A stretch of 64,000 nucleotides of DNA, from contig DASTWI010000020.1 of NCBI GenBank assembly GCA_035776635.1, positions 3,483-67,482 of the forward strand, given 5' to 3'. The DNA is from Sphingomonas sp. (lineage in GTDB: Bacteria; Pseudomonadota; Alphaproteobacteria; Sphingomonadales; Sphingomonadaceae). Of the stretch, positions 50,128 through 60,082 are shown piece after piece. The notes under the pieces were generated by a model. It did not search any database and had not been told where the DNA came from. It saw only the letters and a program-made list of their open reading frames with translations. The position numbers and the translations under genes were made by a program. Within the stretch, counting starts at the first letter, position 1; each line of letters starts with the position of its first letter.

Positions 50128-50140
50128 ACGCTCCTCGCGG

Positions 50141-50629
50141 TCACCCCTGCTTCTCGATCACCGTGATCCGCCCGCTCGGCTCCAGCGTCACCTGCTTGAC
50201 CTTGCTCATGTCGGCGATCCCCGACCGCCGCAGCGCTTCGTCGAAGTCGGTCAGCGACACCGAATGCCGCTTGCGCATCGCCTGATCGATCCGCCCGTCA
50301 TGCGCGAGGTCGATCGAGCGCCCCTCCAGCACCCGCGCGACGCCCTGCCACCGCGCCGCCGCATTGGCGAGCAGCCCGTGCAGCGCGACGAAGATCACCG
50401 ACGCCGCCAGTGTTCCCATCAGCGGCGCGCTGCCGGTCAGCGCCCGGCTGAGGCTCGATCCGACGATGATCGACACGACGATGTCGAGCGCCGCCCATTT
50501 CCCGAACACCCGCCGCCCCGCCAGCCGCACCAGCACCAGCCCGAACGCGAAGATCAGCACCGCCCGCGCGCATTCCTGCCCGAAGCTGAGGTTATGCTGT
50601 TGCCCGAAGATCGCCTGCAGCGTTTCCAT
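50141..50629 (-). CDS. DUF421/YetF-like membrane protein
   Basis: Three TM helices, GRRVFGKWAALD, LEPSGRITV. Confidence 0.85.
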   Translation of the reverse strand: METLQAIFGQQHNLSFGQECARAVLIFAFGLVLVRLAGRRVFGKWAALDIVVSIIVGSSLSRALTGSAPLMGTLAASVIFVALHGLLANAAARWQGVARVLEGRSIDLAHDGRIDQAMRKRHSVSLTDFDEALRRSGIADMSKVKQVTLEPSGRITVIEKQG

Positions 50630-50703
50630 ACCGCAACAACCCGCGGAAGCGGGCGGCGTTCCCGCTGCCAGTCACGCTCGCCGCGATACAGAACGATCAT
50701 CAA

Positions 50704-50837
50704 CCGTTCGTGCTGAGTAGAGGCCGAGTAGCTGCGAAGCAGCGTATCGAGGCCTCGTATCGAAGCACTCCTATGTCCTTCGATACGCAGCCTCGATACG
50801 CCCTTCGGGCTACTCGGCAGCTACTCAGGACGAACGG
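50704..50837. repeat. Long family B-related palindromic element
   Basis: CCGTTCGTGCTGAGTAG...CTACTCAGGACGAACGG with internal CGAGTAGC/GCTACTCG and CGTATCGA/TCGATACG inverted repeats. Confidence 0.8.
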
Positions 50838-50844
50838 AAGGCCC

Positions 50845-52668
50845 TCACCCTGCGTGCGGCGCCACGATCGCGTCCACGTCGGTCTTCGCCGTCTTGACCG
50901 GCTCGATCACCCGAACGCTCAGCTCGCGCAGCTGCTTCAGGCTTGCCGGCGAGGGCGCGCCCATCAGCAAGTCCTCGGCGCGCTGGTTCATCGGGAACAG
51001 CGTGATCTCGCGCAAATTCTGCGCCCCGCACAGCAGCATGACGATGCGATCGACCCCCGCCGCCATTCCGCCGTGCGGCGGCGCGCCGTACTGGAACGCG
51101 CGATAGAGCCCGCCGAACCGCTCCTCGACGTCGGCCTTGCTGAGGCCCACCAGCTCGAAAGCCTTGACCATCGTCTCGGGCGACTGGTTGCGGATCGAGC
51201 CCGAGGCGATCTCGTAACCGTTACACACCATGTCGTATTGGAACGCCTTGATTCCCAGCGGGTCCTCGCCGTTCAGCGCCTCCAGCCCGCCCTGCGGCAT
51301 CGAGAACGGATTGTGCGCGAAGTCGAGCTTCTTCTCGTCCTCGTCATATTCGTAGAACGGGAAATCGACGATCCAGCACAATTCGAACCGGTCCTTGTCG
51401 ATCAGGTCGAGCTGCTCGCCGACCCGCACGCGCGCCAGCCCCGCCAGCTTGGCCGCCTGCGCTTCCTTGCCGGCGGCAAAGAACACGCCGTCGTTCGGCC
51501 CGAGCCCGAGCGCCGCGATCAGCTTCGCGGTCGCCTCGGGCCCGTGGTTCTTGGCGATCGGCCCGCCCGGCTCGCCGTCCTTGATGTTGATATAGCCGAG
51601 CCCCGAATAGCCTTCCGAGCGCGCCCAGTTGTTCATGTCGTCGAAGAACTTGCGGCTCCCGGCCCCCGCGCCCGGCGCCGGGATCGCGCGGATCACCCCG
51701 CCGCCCGCGACGATATTGGCGAAGATGCCAAAGCCGCTCCCGTGGAAATGATCGGTCACGTCGGTGATGATGATGGGGTTGCGCAGGTCCGGCTTGTCCG
51801 ACCCGTATTTGAGCATCGCCTCGCTGAACGGAATCCGCGGAAAGCTCCCCGCCGGCGTGACGTGCTTACCCTCGGCGAAGTCCTCGAACACCCCGGCGAT
51901 CACCGGCTCCATCGTGTTCCACACGTCTTCTTGGCGAACGAAGCTCATTTCGAGATCGAGCTGGTAGAACTCGCCCGGCAGGCGGTCGGCGCGCGGGTCC
52001 TCGTCGCGGAAGCATGGCGCGATCTGGAAATAGCGGTCGAAGCCGGCGACCATCAGCAGCTGCTTGTATTGCTGCGGCGCCTGCGGCAGCGCGTAGAACT
52101 TGCCGGCGTGGATGCGGCTCGGCACCAGGAAGTCGCGCGCGCCCTCGGGGCTCGACGCGGTGAGGATCGGCGTCGAATATTCGGTGAACCCGGCGGCCTC
52201 CATCCGCCGCCGCATGTCCGAGATGACCTTGGTCCGCTTGACGATATTGGCGTGCAGCGTCTCGCGCCTGAGGTCGAGGAACCGATACCGCAGCCGCACG
52301 TCCTCGGGATAATCCTGCTCGCCCGCGACCGGCAGCGGCAGCTCGGCGGCCTCGGACAGCACCACCGCCTCGAGCACGCGAATCTCGATCTCGCCCGTGG
52401 GCAGGTTCGGATTGATCGCCTCGCCCGCGCGCTTCTCGACCACGCCGGTGATCGTCACCACGCTCTCGGCGCGCAGCCGCTCGATCACCGGAAACGCCGG
52501 CCCGTCCACCTCGGTGACGACCTGCACCATCCCGTAATGGTCGCGCAGATCGACGAACACCAGGTCGCCATGGTCGCGCTTGCGATGGACCCAGCCCGAG
52601 ACGCGCACCGTCTCTCCGGCATTCGCGGCGCGCAGCTCGCCGCAGGTGTGGGTGCGATAGGCGTGCAT
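50845..52668 (-). CDS. aspS: Aspartate--tRNA ligase (probably the non-discriminating Asp/Asn type)
   Basis: [29 protein letters not shown] and PPHGG motifs. The His in RDHG is typical of the non-discriminating type. Confidence 0.97.
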   Translation of the reverse strand: MHAYRTHTCGELRAANAGETVRVSGWVHRKRDHGDLVFVDLRDHYGMVQVVTEVDGPAFPVIERLRAESVVTITGVVEKRAGEAINPNLPTGEIEIRVLEAVVLSEAAELPLPVAGEQDYPEDVRLRYRFLDLRRETLHANIVKRTKVISDMRRRMEAAGFTEYSTPILTASSPEGARDFLVPSRIHAGKFYALPQAPQQYKQLLMVAGFDRYFQIAPCFRDEDPRADRLPGEFYQLDLEMSFVRQEDVWNTMEPVIAGVFEDFAEGKHVTPAGSFPRIPFSEAMLKYGSDKPDLRNPIIITDVTDHFHGSGFGIFANIVAGGGVIRAIPAPGAGAGSRKFFDDMNNWARSEGYSGLGYINIKDGEPGGPIAKNHGPEATAKLIAALGLGPNDGVFFAAGKEAQAAKLAGLARVRVGEQLDLIDKDRFELCWIVDFPFYEYDEDEKKLDFAHNPFSMPQGGLEALNGEDPLGIKAFQYDMVCNGYEIASGSIRNQSPETMVKAFELVGLSKADVEERFGGLYRAFQYGAPPHGGMAAGVDRIVMLLCGAQNLREITLFPMNQRAEDLLMGAPSPASLKQLRELSVRVIEPVKTAKTDVDAIVAPHAG

Positions 52669-52768
52669 GGTCGATCGTCTCGCTTCGTCGATGACGGTTG
52701 GAAAGGTGGCCGCGCTTCCCTTGCAACAGGCGCTTTGTCAACCCGCGCGTCATCGCTAAAGAGCCGCG

Positions 52769-53941
52769 ATGCACATCCACGACCTGATCGAAGACTCGGC
52801 GACCCTCGCCAATCTCTGCACCCGCCTTTCCGACTCGGCGTTCGTCTGCGTCGATACCGAGTTCATGCGCGAGAACAGCTACTGGCCCGAGCTCTGCCTG
52901 ATCCAGATCGCCGACGCGAACGAGGCCGCGGCGATCGACCCGATGGCCCCCGGTATCGACCTGACGCCCCTCCTCGACCTCCTCACGAAGAACGAGGACG
53001 TGCTCAAGGTCTTCCACGCCGGCGGCCAGGACCTCGAGATCATCTACAACCTCACCGGCACCACGCCGCACCCGCTGTTCGACACGCAGATCGCCGCGAT
53101 GGCGCTCGGCCAGGGCGAGCAGGTCGGCTACGGCAATCTGGTCGATGCCTGGCTCGGGATCACCGTCGACAAGGGCGCGCGCTTCACCGACTGGTCGCGC
53201 CGCCCGCTCGACACGCGCCAGATCGACTATGCCATCGCCGACGTCACGCATCTGGCGGCAATTTTCCCCAAGATGCTGCAACGCCTCAAGAAAACGGGCC
53301 GCGGCGCGTGGCTCGACCAGGAGATGGAGCGCCTCGCCGATCCCGCCAACTACGCCAACGACCCCGATTTGGCATGGAAGCGCGTCCGTATCCCCGGTCG
53401 CAAGCCCGAGGTGCTCGGCCGGTTGAAGGCGCTCGCCCGCTGGCGCGAGCTCGAGGCGCGGGGCAAGAACCTCCCCCGCGGCCGCATCATGAAGGACGAG
53501 ACGCTCGCCGACCTCGCCGGCTCGCCGCCGAAGAAGCAGGCCGATCTGTCGCGTGTCCGCGGCCTCTCCGGCGCCTGGGCGTCGAACGACATCGGCGCCC
53601 GCCTGATGGCCGCGCTCGCCGATGCGGGGCCCCTCCCCGCCGCCGAGATGCCCGCGCGCGACGACCGCAAGCCCGGCCTCGGCAAGGAAGGCGCGCTGGT
53701 CGCCGACCTCCTCAAGCTCCTCCTCAAGATTCGCGCGCGGGAGATCGATGTCGCGCCGAAACTCCTCGCCCGCAGCGACGACCTCGAAGCGCTCGCCGCC
53801 GGCCGCCGCGACGGCCTGTCTATCCTCGAAGGCTGGCGCTACGAGCAGTTCGGCCACGACGCGCTCGACCTCGTCGAAGGCCGCCTCGGCTTCGCGGTCA
53901 GGAACGGCAAGCTCAAGATGAGCCGAACGGAGGACGCATGA
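52769..53941 (+). CDS. rnd: Ribonuclease D
   Basis: VDTEFMRE, FHAGGQD, LFDTQIAA, YAIADV motifs and an HRDC domain. Confidence 0.96.
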   Translation: MHIHDLIEDSATLANLCTRLSDSAFVCVDTEFMRENSYWPELCLIQIADANEAAAIDPMAPGIDLTPLLDLLTKNEDVLKVFHAGGQDLEIIYNLTGTTPHPLFDTQIAAMALGQGEQVGYGNLVDAWLGITVDKGARFTDWSRRPLDTRQIDYAIADVTHLAAIFPKMLQRLKKTGRGAWLDQEMERLADPANYANDPDLAWKRVRIPGRKPEVLGRLKALARWRELEARGKNLPRGRIMKDETLADLAGSPPKKQADLSRVRGLSGAWASNDIGARLMAALADAGPLPAAEMPARDDRKPGLGKEGALVADLLKLLLKIRAREIDVAPKLLARSDDLEALAAGRRDGLSILEGWRYEQFGHDALDLVEGRLGFAVRNGKLKMSRTEDA

Positions 53942-54297
53942 AGTCGAATCCTGCAGCCGTTCGGGCTGAGCCTGTCGAAGCCCGGTTCCGCCGATCGCCC
54001 TTCGACACGCTCAGGGCGAACGGAGCGCTGGGACTGGGATTGTTCCTCGCCGCCTGCGCCGCCGCGCAACCGCCCCTCGCCCACGGCAGCGGCGCCATCT
54101 GCAAGGCGGACGGCCTATCGGATCTCGTCGGCCGGCCCGCCACCGCCGACCTCGGCGCCGCGGCGCTCAAGCGCTCCGGCGCGCGCACGCTGCGCTGGAT
54201 CCAGCCCGGCATGGCGGTGACGATGGACTATCGCCAGGACCGGCTCGACGTGCATCTCGACGCGCGCAACGTCGTCACCAAGCTGAGCTGCGGCTGA
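53938..54297 (+). CDS. I78 family peptidase-inhibitor-like lipoprotein with a repeat-derived signal-peptide extension
   Basis: GGAGGA ribosome-binding site, ATGA coupling to rnd, lipobox LAAC, MAVTMDYRQDRLDV...CG C-terminus. Confidence 0.85.
   Translation: MKSNPAAVRAEPVEARFRRSPFDTLRANGALGLGLFLAACAAAQPPLAHGSGAICKADGLSDLVGRPATADLGAAALKRSGARTLRWIQPGMAVTMDYRQDRLDVHLDARNVVTKLSCG
53957..54023. repeat. Family B element inside the I78 gene
   Basis: CCGTTCGGGCTGAGCCTGTCGAAG...CTTCGACACGCTCAGGGCGAACGG. Confidence 0.85.
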
Positions 54298-54303
54298 AAC
54301 CAG

Positions 54304-54376
54304 TATTCCTGCGAAAGCAGGAATCCAGGATCGCAAGCGCACCGCTCATCATCTGGGCTCCTGCTTTCGCAGGAGC
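54304..54376. repeat. Family A REP doublet between convergent I78 gene and ppx
   Basis: TATTCCTGCGAAAGCAGGAATCCAG...CTGGGCTCCTGCTTTCGCAGGAGC. Confidence 0.82.
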
Positions 54377-54384
54377 CCGGTGGC

Positions 54385-55938
54385 TCACCCCACCACCATC
54401 CGCGCCTCGCCGCCGAGCGCCGCGGCGAGCGCCTTGTGCCGCCGCTCGACCGTCTCGCCGTACAGCGCCGCATCGCTCCCCGCGAGCGTCAGCGTCACCG
54501 CCCCGCCCTCGCGCCCCAGCCGCGCGCGCTCCAGCGGCCCCGCGACCCCGCCGCTCAGCCGCTGCCCCAGCCGGACCGCCAGCCCCCACGCCGCCGCTCG
54601 CCTGAGCTCACGCTCGCCGGCCAGCCTGCCCAGCGGCTCGGGCGACTTCGCGCCACCGCCCAGCCCGGTGAACAGCGCCTGCGCCACCAGGGCCCGCCCG
54701 CGCGCGTCGATCGCCACCCAGTCGCCGTGCAACGCAACATCGAGCCCGCGCTCGGCGCGGAACTCGGGATTGGCATGCCATCCCACGTCGGCGAGCAGGC
54801 ACGCCGCATGTCTCAGCCGCGCCAGCTCCGGCGCATCCTCCCCGAATAGCGGCGCGATCCAGCGATCGAGCAAATCGCCATGCTCGGCGAACCGCCCCAG
54901 CCGCCGCCCCTCGTCGCGCGTCGCGACGATCAGCGGGTCCTCGCCCCGCGTCGCCTCGTCGAGCGCGCCGTAGAGCAGCCCCTCGCGCAAGCCGTAAGCC
55001 GACACCAATGTCGTCGCGCATCCCAGCTGCCGCAGCACCACGCCAAGCAGCGCCGCAGCATCGCCCAGCGTCGGAATCCGCGCGGCCGACAGATCGGGCA
55101 CCTCGCGCAGCCGCGCCTTGTCGAGATGCGCCAGCGCGCGCCCCAGCCGCGTCACCGTCGCCGCCGGCATCGAATAGGCGTGGACGATCGGCAGCGGATA
55201 GCCGGTCAGGTGCATGTCAAGCCGCGCCAGCGAGCGCCACGACCCGCCGACCAGGTAGAAGGGCCGCCCCGCTCCGCTCCCCGCCCAGCCGGTCTTCGCG
55301 AGCACCGTTGCGACATGCCGTTCGAGCGCGCCCTTGCCGCGCGCGCGGATCGCCGCGATCCTCAGCACGCCGAGCGGAAACGACGCCCGCTCGCCGACCG
55401 CACCGCCCGCAACGCGCACCAGCTCCAGGCTGCCGCCGCCGAGGTCGCCGACGATTCCCTCGGCCTCCGGAATCCCCGACAGCACGCCCCGCCCGGCCGC
55501 CAGCGCTTCCTCGTCCCCCGACAGCAGCGCGACGTCGAGCCCAAGGCCGCGCGCATGGTCGATCAGCTCGTGCCCGTTGGCCGCCTCGCGCACCGCGGCG
55601 GTGGCGACGGTGCTGAGCTCGGTGACGTCCATCTCGCGCGCGATCGCCGCGAACCGCGCCAGCGCTCCTTGCGCGCGCGCCATTGCCGCGGCGTCGATCG
55701 CGCCCTTCACCGCCAGCTCGCGGCCGAGCCCGGCCATCACCTTCTCGTTGAACAGGATCGAGGGCAGCCGCTTGGGTCCCTGATAGACGACGAGACGGAT
55801 CGAGTTCGATCCGATGTCGATGATCGCGGTGCGCGGGTGCGCCGCCGCCCGATGCTCCTGCGCAAGCAGGAGCCCGGGACCACCGGCCCGAACCTCGCCT
55901 TGGGCCCCTGCTTGCGCAGGAGCACGCGCCCCCGTCAT
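54385..55938 (-). CDS. ppx: Ppx/GppA exopolyphosphatase with a repeat-derived N-terminal segment
   Basis: IIDIGSNSIRL, ATAAVREA, DLGGGSLE and GLREG motifs; downstream of ppk. Confidence 0.93.
   Translation of the reverse strand: MTGARAPAQAGAQGEVRAGGPGLLLAQEHRAAAHPRTAIIDIGSNSIRLVVYQGPKRLPSILFNEKVMAGLGRELAVKGAIDAAAMARAQGALARFAAIAREMDVTELSTVATAAVREAANGHELIDHARGLGLDVALLSGDEEALAAGRGVLSGIPEAEGIVGDLGGGSLELVRVAGGAVGERASFPLGVLRIAAIRARGKGALERHVATVLAKTGWAGSGAGRPFYLVGGSWRSLARLDMHLTGYPLPIVHAYSMPAATVTRLGRALAHLDKARLREVPDLSAARIPTLGDAAALLGVVLRQLGCATTLVSAYGLREGLLYGALDEATRGEDPLIVATRDEGRRLGRFAEHGDLLDRWIAPLFGEDAPELARLRHAACLLADVGWHANPEFRAERGLDVALHGDWVAIDARGRALVAQALFTGLGGGAKSPEPLGRLAGERELRRAAAWGLAVRLGQRLSGGVAGPLERARLGREGGAVTLTLAGSDAALYGETVERRHKALAAALGGEARMVVG
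55854..55925. repeat. Family A REP doublet inside the ppx 5' coding region
   Basis: GCTCCTGCGCAAGCAGGAGCCC...GGGCCCCTGCTTGCGCAGGAGCAC; 72 bp. Confidence 0.85.
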
Positions 55939-55952
55939 GGCGTTCGTCTCCC

Positions 55953-58118
55953 CTACCCCCGCCGCCTGAGCGACAGTTTCGGCACCGAGTCGCTCGTTCT
56001 CAGCGCCGCGCCCCTGCCCGACAGCGACGGATTGGTCATGAAATAGCGGTGCAGGTTGAACGGCCGCTCGCCCGGATCGTCGCGCACGTAATTGCCGTCG
56101 GGCTGCAATTCCCAGCTCTGTTCGGTGTCGAGCAAATTGGCGACCATCACTTGGTCGAGGATCTGGTCATGCACCGTCGGGTTCTCGATCGGCAGCATAT
56201 ATTCGACGCGCCGGTCGAAATTGCGCGGCATCCAGTCGGCCGAGGAGATGAACAGCTTCGCCCCGTCGTTGGGCAATGCCTTGCCGTTGCCGAACGCGCA
56301 GATGCGGCCGTGCTCCAGAAACCGCCCGATCACCGACTTGACCCGGATCCGCTCCGACATCCCCGGCACCCCGGGCCTCAGGCAGCAAATGCCGCGCACG
56401 ATCAGGTCGATCTCGACCCCCGCGTTCGACGCCTCGTAGAGCTTCTCGATCACCGCGGGATCGACCAGCGAGTTCATCTTCGCCCAGATTGCCGCCGGCT
56501 TGCCCGCCGCGGCATTGGCGATCTCGGCATCGATCAGCGACACCAGCTTCGACCTCAGGTCGCGCGGCGACATGCTGACCAGCTCGAGATGCTCGGGCTC
56601 GACATAGCCGGTGACGTAATTGAACACATGCGCCGCATCGGCCCCGATACGAGGATCGGCGGTGAAGAAGCTCAAATCGGTATAGATTTTTGCCGTGACG
56701 GGATGATAATTCCCCGTCCCGAAATGGCAGTAGGTGCGATAGTCGCTGCCTTCGCGCCGCACCACCATCGAAATCTTGGCGTGGGTCTTCCAGTCGATGA
56801 AGCCGTAGACGACCTGCACCCCCGCCCGCTCCAGCGCGTTGGCCCAGAGCATGTTCTGCTCCTCGTCGAATCGCGCCTTCAGCTCGACCACCGCGGTCAC
56901 CGACTTGCCCGCCTCCGCCGCGGCGATCAGGGCGTTGATCACCGCAGGCTGCTTGCCTGCGCGATACAGCGTCTGCTTGATCGCCACCACGTCGGGATCG
57001 CCCGCCGCTTGCTTCAGGAAGGCGAGCACCACGTCGAACGTCTCGTAGGGGTGATGGACGACGATGTCCTTGGCCTTGATCGCGGCGAAGCAATCGCCGC
57101 CGAACTCGCGGATTCGTTCAGGAAATCGAGGGGAATAGGGCGGAAACTTCAAGTCCGGCCGATCCTCCTCGACCAGCCGCTCGAGGTCGCTGATCCCAAG
57201 GAACGCCGCGCTCTCGGTGATGATCGCATCGCCGCCGCCGAGCTCCTCGCGCAGCAGAACCGCCAGCTCCTCTTCGATTCCCGTCTCCAGGTCGAGCCGG
57301 ATCACGCGCCCCCGCCGCCGCCGCTTGATCGCGTTGGCGAAGTATCGGACCAGGTCCTCGGCCTCCTCCTCGATCTCGATATCGCTGTCGCGCAGCAGCC
57401 GGAACGCGGCGCAGTCCTTCACCCGGTATCCGGGAAAGATCAGCGCCGAGAAATGCTTGAGCAGCGTCTCCATCGCCACGTAGCGCGCCGCCTTGCCCGG
57501 CAGCCGCACGAACCGCGGCACCGTCGTCGGCAACAGCACCACCTCGCGGATCGGCTCGCCGTCGGACAGGCGAACGAGGTCGAAGATCAGGCTCGACCCG
57601 CGATTGGGCAGGAACGGGAAGGGATGCGCCGGGTCAAGCGCCTGGGGGGTCAGGATCGGGAAGATCTGGTCGCGGAAATGCGCTTCCAGCCAGCCTTCGT
57701 CCTCGCCCTGGAGATCGCCCGAATCGAGCACCGCGATGCCGTTCTCACCCAGTTCCTCGCACAACGACATCCACACCTGCTGCTGCGCCTGCATCAGCCG
57801 GTCCGCCTCGAGCGCGATCTCGCGAAGCTGCTCGGTCGGGGTGCGCCCGTCGACCGATTTGCGCTCGACGTCCTGAAGCTGCTGGCCCTTCAGCCCCGCG
57901 ACGCGGACCATGAAGAACTCGTCGAGGTTCGACCCCGAAATCGACAGGAATCTGAGCCGCTCGAGCAGCGGATGCGCGGGGTTCAGCGCTTCCTCCAGCA
58001 CGCGCCGGTTGAACGCCAGCCACGACAGCTCGCGATTGAAATAGCGTTCGCCGCCGCTCTCGCCGACGAACGGATCGTCGTCGTCGAAGATCGGGATATG
58101 CGCGGGCCGGGTCGTCAT
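55953..58118 (-). CDS. ppk: Polyphosphate kinase 1
   Basis: YFNRELSWLAFN, NLDEFFMVRVAGL, HHPY, TLYR, VELKARFDE, KTHAK and GRFLEH motifs. Confidence 0.97.
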   Translation of the reverse strand: MTTRPAHIPIFDDDDPFVGESGGERYFNRELSWLAFNRRVLEEALNPAHPLLERLRFLSISGSNLDEFFMVRVAGLKGQQLQDVERKSVDGRTPTEQLREIALEADRLMQAQQQVWMSLCEELGENGIAVLDSGDLQGEDEGWLEAHFRDQIFPILTPQALDPAHPFPFLPNRGSSLIFDLVRLSDGEPIREVVLLPTTVPRFVRLPGKAARYVAMETLLKHFSALIFPGYRVKDCAAFRLLRDSDIEIEEEAEDLVRYFANAIKRRRRGRVIRLDLETGIEEELAVLLREELGGGDAIITESAAFLGISDLERLVEEDRPDLKFPPYSPRFPERIREFGGDCFAAIKAKDIVVHHPYETFDVVLAFLKQAAGDPDVVAIKQTLYRAGKQPAVINALIAAAEAGKSVTAVVELKARFDEEQNMLWANALERAGVQVVYGFIDWKTHAKISMVVRREGSDYRTYCHFGTGNYHPVTAKIYTDLSFFTADPRIGADAAHVFNYVTGYVEPEHLELVSMSPRDLRSKLVSLIDAEIANAAAGKPAAIWAKMNSLVDPAVIEKLYEASNAGVEIDLIVRGICCLRPGVPGMSERIRVKSVIGRFLEHGRICAFGNGKALPNDGAKLFISSADWMPRNFDRRVEYMLPIENPTVHDQILDQVMVANLLDTEQSWELQPDGNYVRDDPGERPFNLHRYFMTNPSLSGRGAALRTSDSVPKLSLRRRG

Positions 58119-58744
58119 CGCTTTTCAACCGTTCCGGCCGGCTCGACGATCAGCCCGGCCTCGGTCAATGTGGACCGGGCCAGCGGAATCGACAAGCGCT
58201 TGCGCCGTTCGAGGATCTCCTGATCGAGCACATCGACCGCGCGGATGACAGCGATATGACTGCGCTCGACTCGCGCGATCAGCCAGTCGATCAGCTCGGG
58301 CCGGGCATCGAGCCCGCGCTTGTAGAACTGCCGCTCGAACAGCGCGCGCATCAGCACGTCGTCGGGCGCCCCCAGCGTCAGCACCGGCGTCGCCGCCAGC
58401 CGCGAGCGGAGATCGGGCAGCTTGACGACCCATTCGGGCGGGGCTGCATCGGCGACGATCAGCAACGGGTGCCGCTCGGCCTGCGCTCGGTTCCAGGCGT
58501 GGAAGATCGCCGCCTCGCTCTGCCGCTCCGCATCGTCGATGATCGCGCCGCCGCACTTGCCGGCGAAAATCCGCGCGAGCAGGCTCCGTCCCGATTTGCG
58601 CGGCCCGACGAGCAGCGACGCCATGACCGGCCACGCGCCCCAATGTTCGATGCCATGGACCGCGCGGGCGTTCGAATCGCTGACCAGGAATTCGTCGTCG
58701 CGCGGGTCCGCCGGCCATTCGAACGGCAGGGCGAACTGGCTCAT
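58115..58744 (-). CDS. hdaA: HdaA/Hda (DnaA regulatory inactivator) family protein
   Basis: N-terminal clamp-binding-like QFALPF, GPRKSGRS, PDLRSRL; upstream of ppk. Confidence 0.85.
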   Translation of the reverse strand: MSQFALPFEWPADPRDDEFLVSDSNARAVHGIEHWGAWPVMASLLVGPRKSGRSLLARIFAGKCGGAIIDDAERQSEAAIFHAWNRAQAERHPLLIVADAAPPEWVVKLPDLRSRLAATPVLTLGAPDDVLMRALFERQFYKRGLDARPELIDWLIARVERSHIAVIRAVDVLDQEILERRKRLSIPLARSTLTEAGLIVEPAGTVEKR

Positions 58745-59982
58745 CCGGCCTTTTGCCCGGTCGGCGCCGGCGGCGGGGCCGGTGCGGCGGCGCGGCGGAT
58801 GCGCAGCACGCCGGGCCCGCTCTGCACTTGCCACCCGCGCGCTTGCAACTGTGCGGCGAGCGCGCCCTGATCGCCCGAATAGACCACGCGCATCACCGAA
58901 ATGCCGCCCATCGCCAGGCTGGTGGTCAGCGCCGAGCTCACCCCCGGCACCGCGCGCAGCGCCGCTTCGCCGGCATTGACCGCGGCCGCGTCGGGCGTGT
59001 CGAACTGGACGTCGATTTGCGTGCCCTGAACCGCGTTGGTCTGGTCGGTCACCACCGGCAGCGTTTCCATGTCGACCGGCGTCGGAGTCGGCGTGGGGGT
59101 CGGGACATAGGCCAGCCCCGGATCGGTGCGCAGGATGCCGCCGTTCAAGGCGCTCTGATAGATCGCGTCGATCCGCTTGACGCCGGCGTCGAGCAGCGCG
59201 TCGATCCCGTCGGCATTGGCGACGCGCAGCGTTGCGCTGCCCGCCAGGCGATTGTCGGGGCCGTAACGCGCCTCGAAATGCCCGATCACCGGCCCGCCCG
59301 GATATTGCCGATAGAGATGCACTGTCGGAATCAGCACGTCCGACGCGCCGTACTGGTCGAGGATCGCCTTCCACCAGCCGCGGCCCGGCCGCCCGGCCTG
59401 CCCCACGTTGAGCAGCAGCGAATCGGGGCCGGTCCCGGTCGGCCGCACGTAATCGATCGAGGAATTGCCGGTGCGGAATCGCGCCCAGGCCTGATGCCAG
59501 CCGGTCTCCTGCTCGAACGCCTCGCCGACCCCGCCGGTCCACTCGATCGGCAGCACCAGCATCGGCGGCGAGCGGAACCCGCCGCCCGCGACGCCCAGCA
59601 GAGGTCCGGCGCGCGCGCGGCTGAACGTCACGCCCAGCCGCGCGATATAGCGGTTGGGCCCGATCTTCTCGTCCTCGACGATGATTCCCGATACCAGCCC
59701 GTTGAGCGTCGAGTCCGAAACCAGCCCGCCGCCCTGCCCCAGCCGCTTCGACAGCATCTGCCACGCCTTGCGCTGCGCCAGCCGCCATCCCGCCTGACGC
59801 GCGTCGTCGGAGGTCTTGCCCGTCACGTCGACGGTGATGCCGTCGACCTCGAAATTCGCCGAATCGTCGATCGGCGCGGCCGGCGCCCCGCTCTCGGCCT
59901 GCCCCAGCACCACGCCGGCGGAGCCGATCGCAACAAGACCGATGAGCGGAGTGAGCGCGCGCGAAAGCCGTGACCGGGTCAT
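58741..59982 (-). CDS. Periplasmic hypothetical protein (DUF2066-like, C-terminal HMA-like fold)
   Basis: Signal/TM N-terminus, AR..GW..AQRKAW, Y.ARLGVTF; conserved position divergent from purM. Confidence 0.75.
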   Translation of the reverse strand: MTRSRLSRALTPLIGLVAIGSAGVVLGQAESGAPAAPIDDSANFEVDGITVDVTGKTSDDARQAGWRLAQRKAWQMLSKRLGQGGGLVSDSTLNGLVSGIIVEDEKIGPNRYIARLGVTFSRARAGPLLGVAGGGFRSPPMLVLPIEWTGGVGEAFEQETGWHQAWARFRTGNSSIDYVRPTGTGPDSLLLNVGQAGRPGRGWWKAILDQYGASDVLIPTVHLYRQYPGGPVIGHFEARYGPDNRLAGSATLRVANADGIDALLDAGVKRIDAIYQSALNGGILRTDPGLAYVPTPTPTPTPVDMETLPVVTDQTNAVQGTQIDVQFDTPDAAAVNAGEAALRAVPGVSSALTTSLAMGGISVMRVVYSGDQGALAAQLQARGWQVQSGPGVLRIRRAAAPAPPPAPTGQKAG

Positions 59983-60082
59983 ACCGCCGCCCTTTTGGCG
60001 AAGCAGGCGCGGAAATCCAAGCGCGATGTGCGCTCTCTCATCCGCCCGCCGCAAAACCCCCGCGTCCGCGCGAAGCCTTCAC

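Noticed and set aside
50710-54297. 1195-aa plus-strand ORF
   Set aside because: It is the antisense shadow of aspS, then off-frame over rnd. Only the last 119 aa (I78 lipoprotein from 53938) are a real gene.
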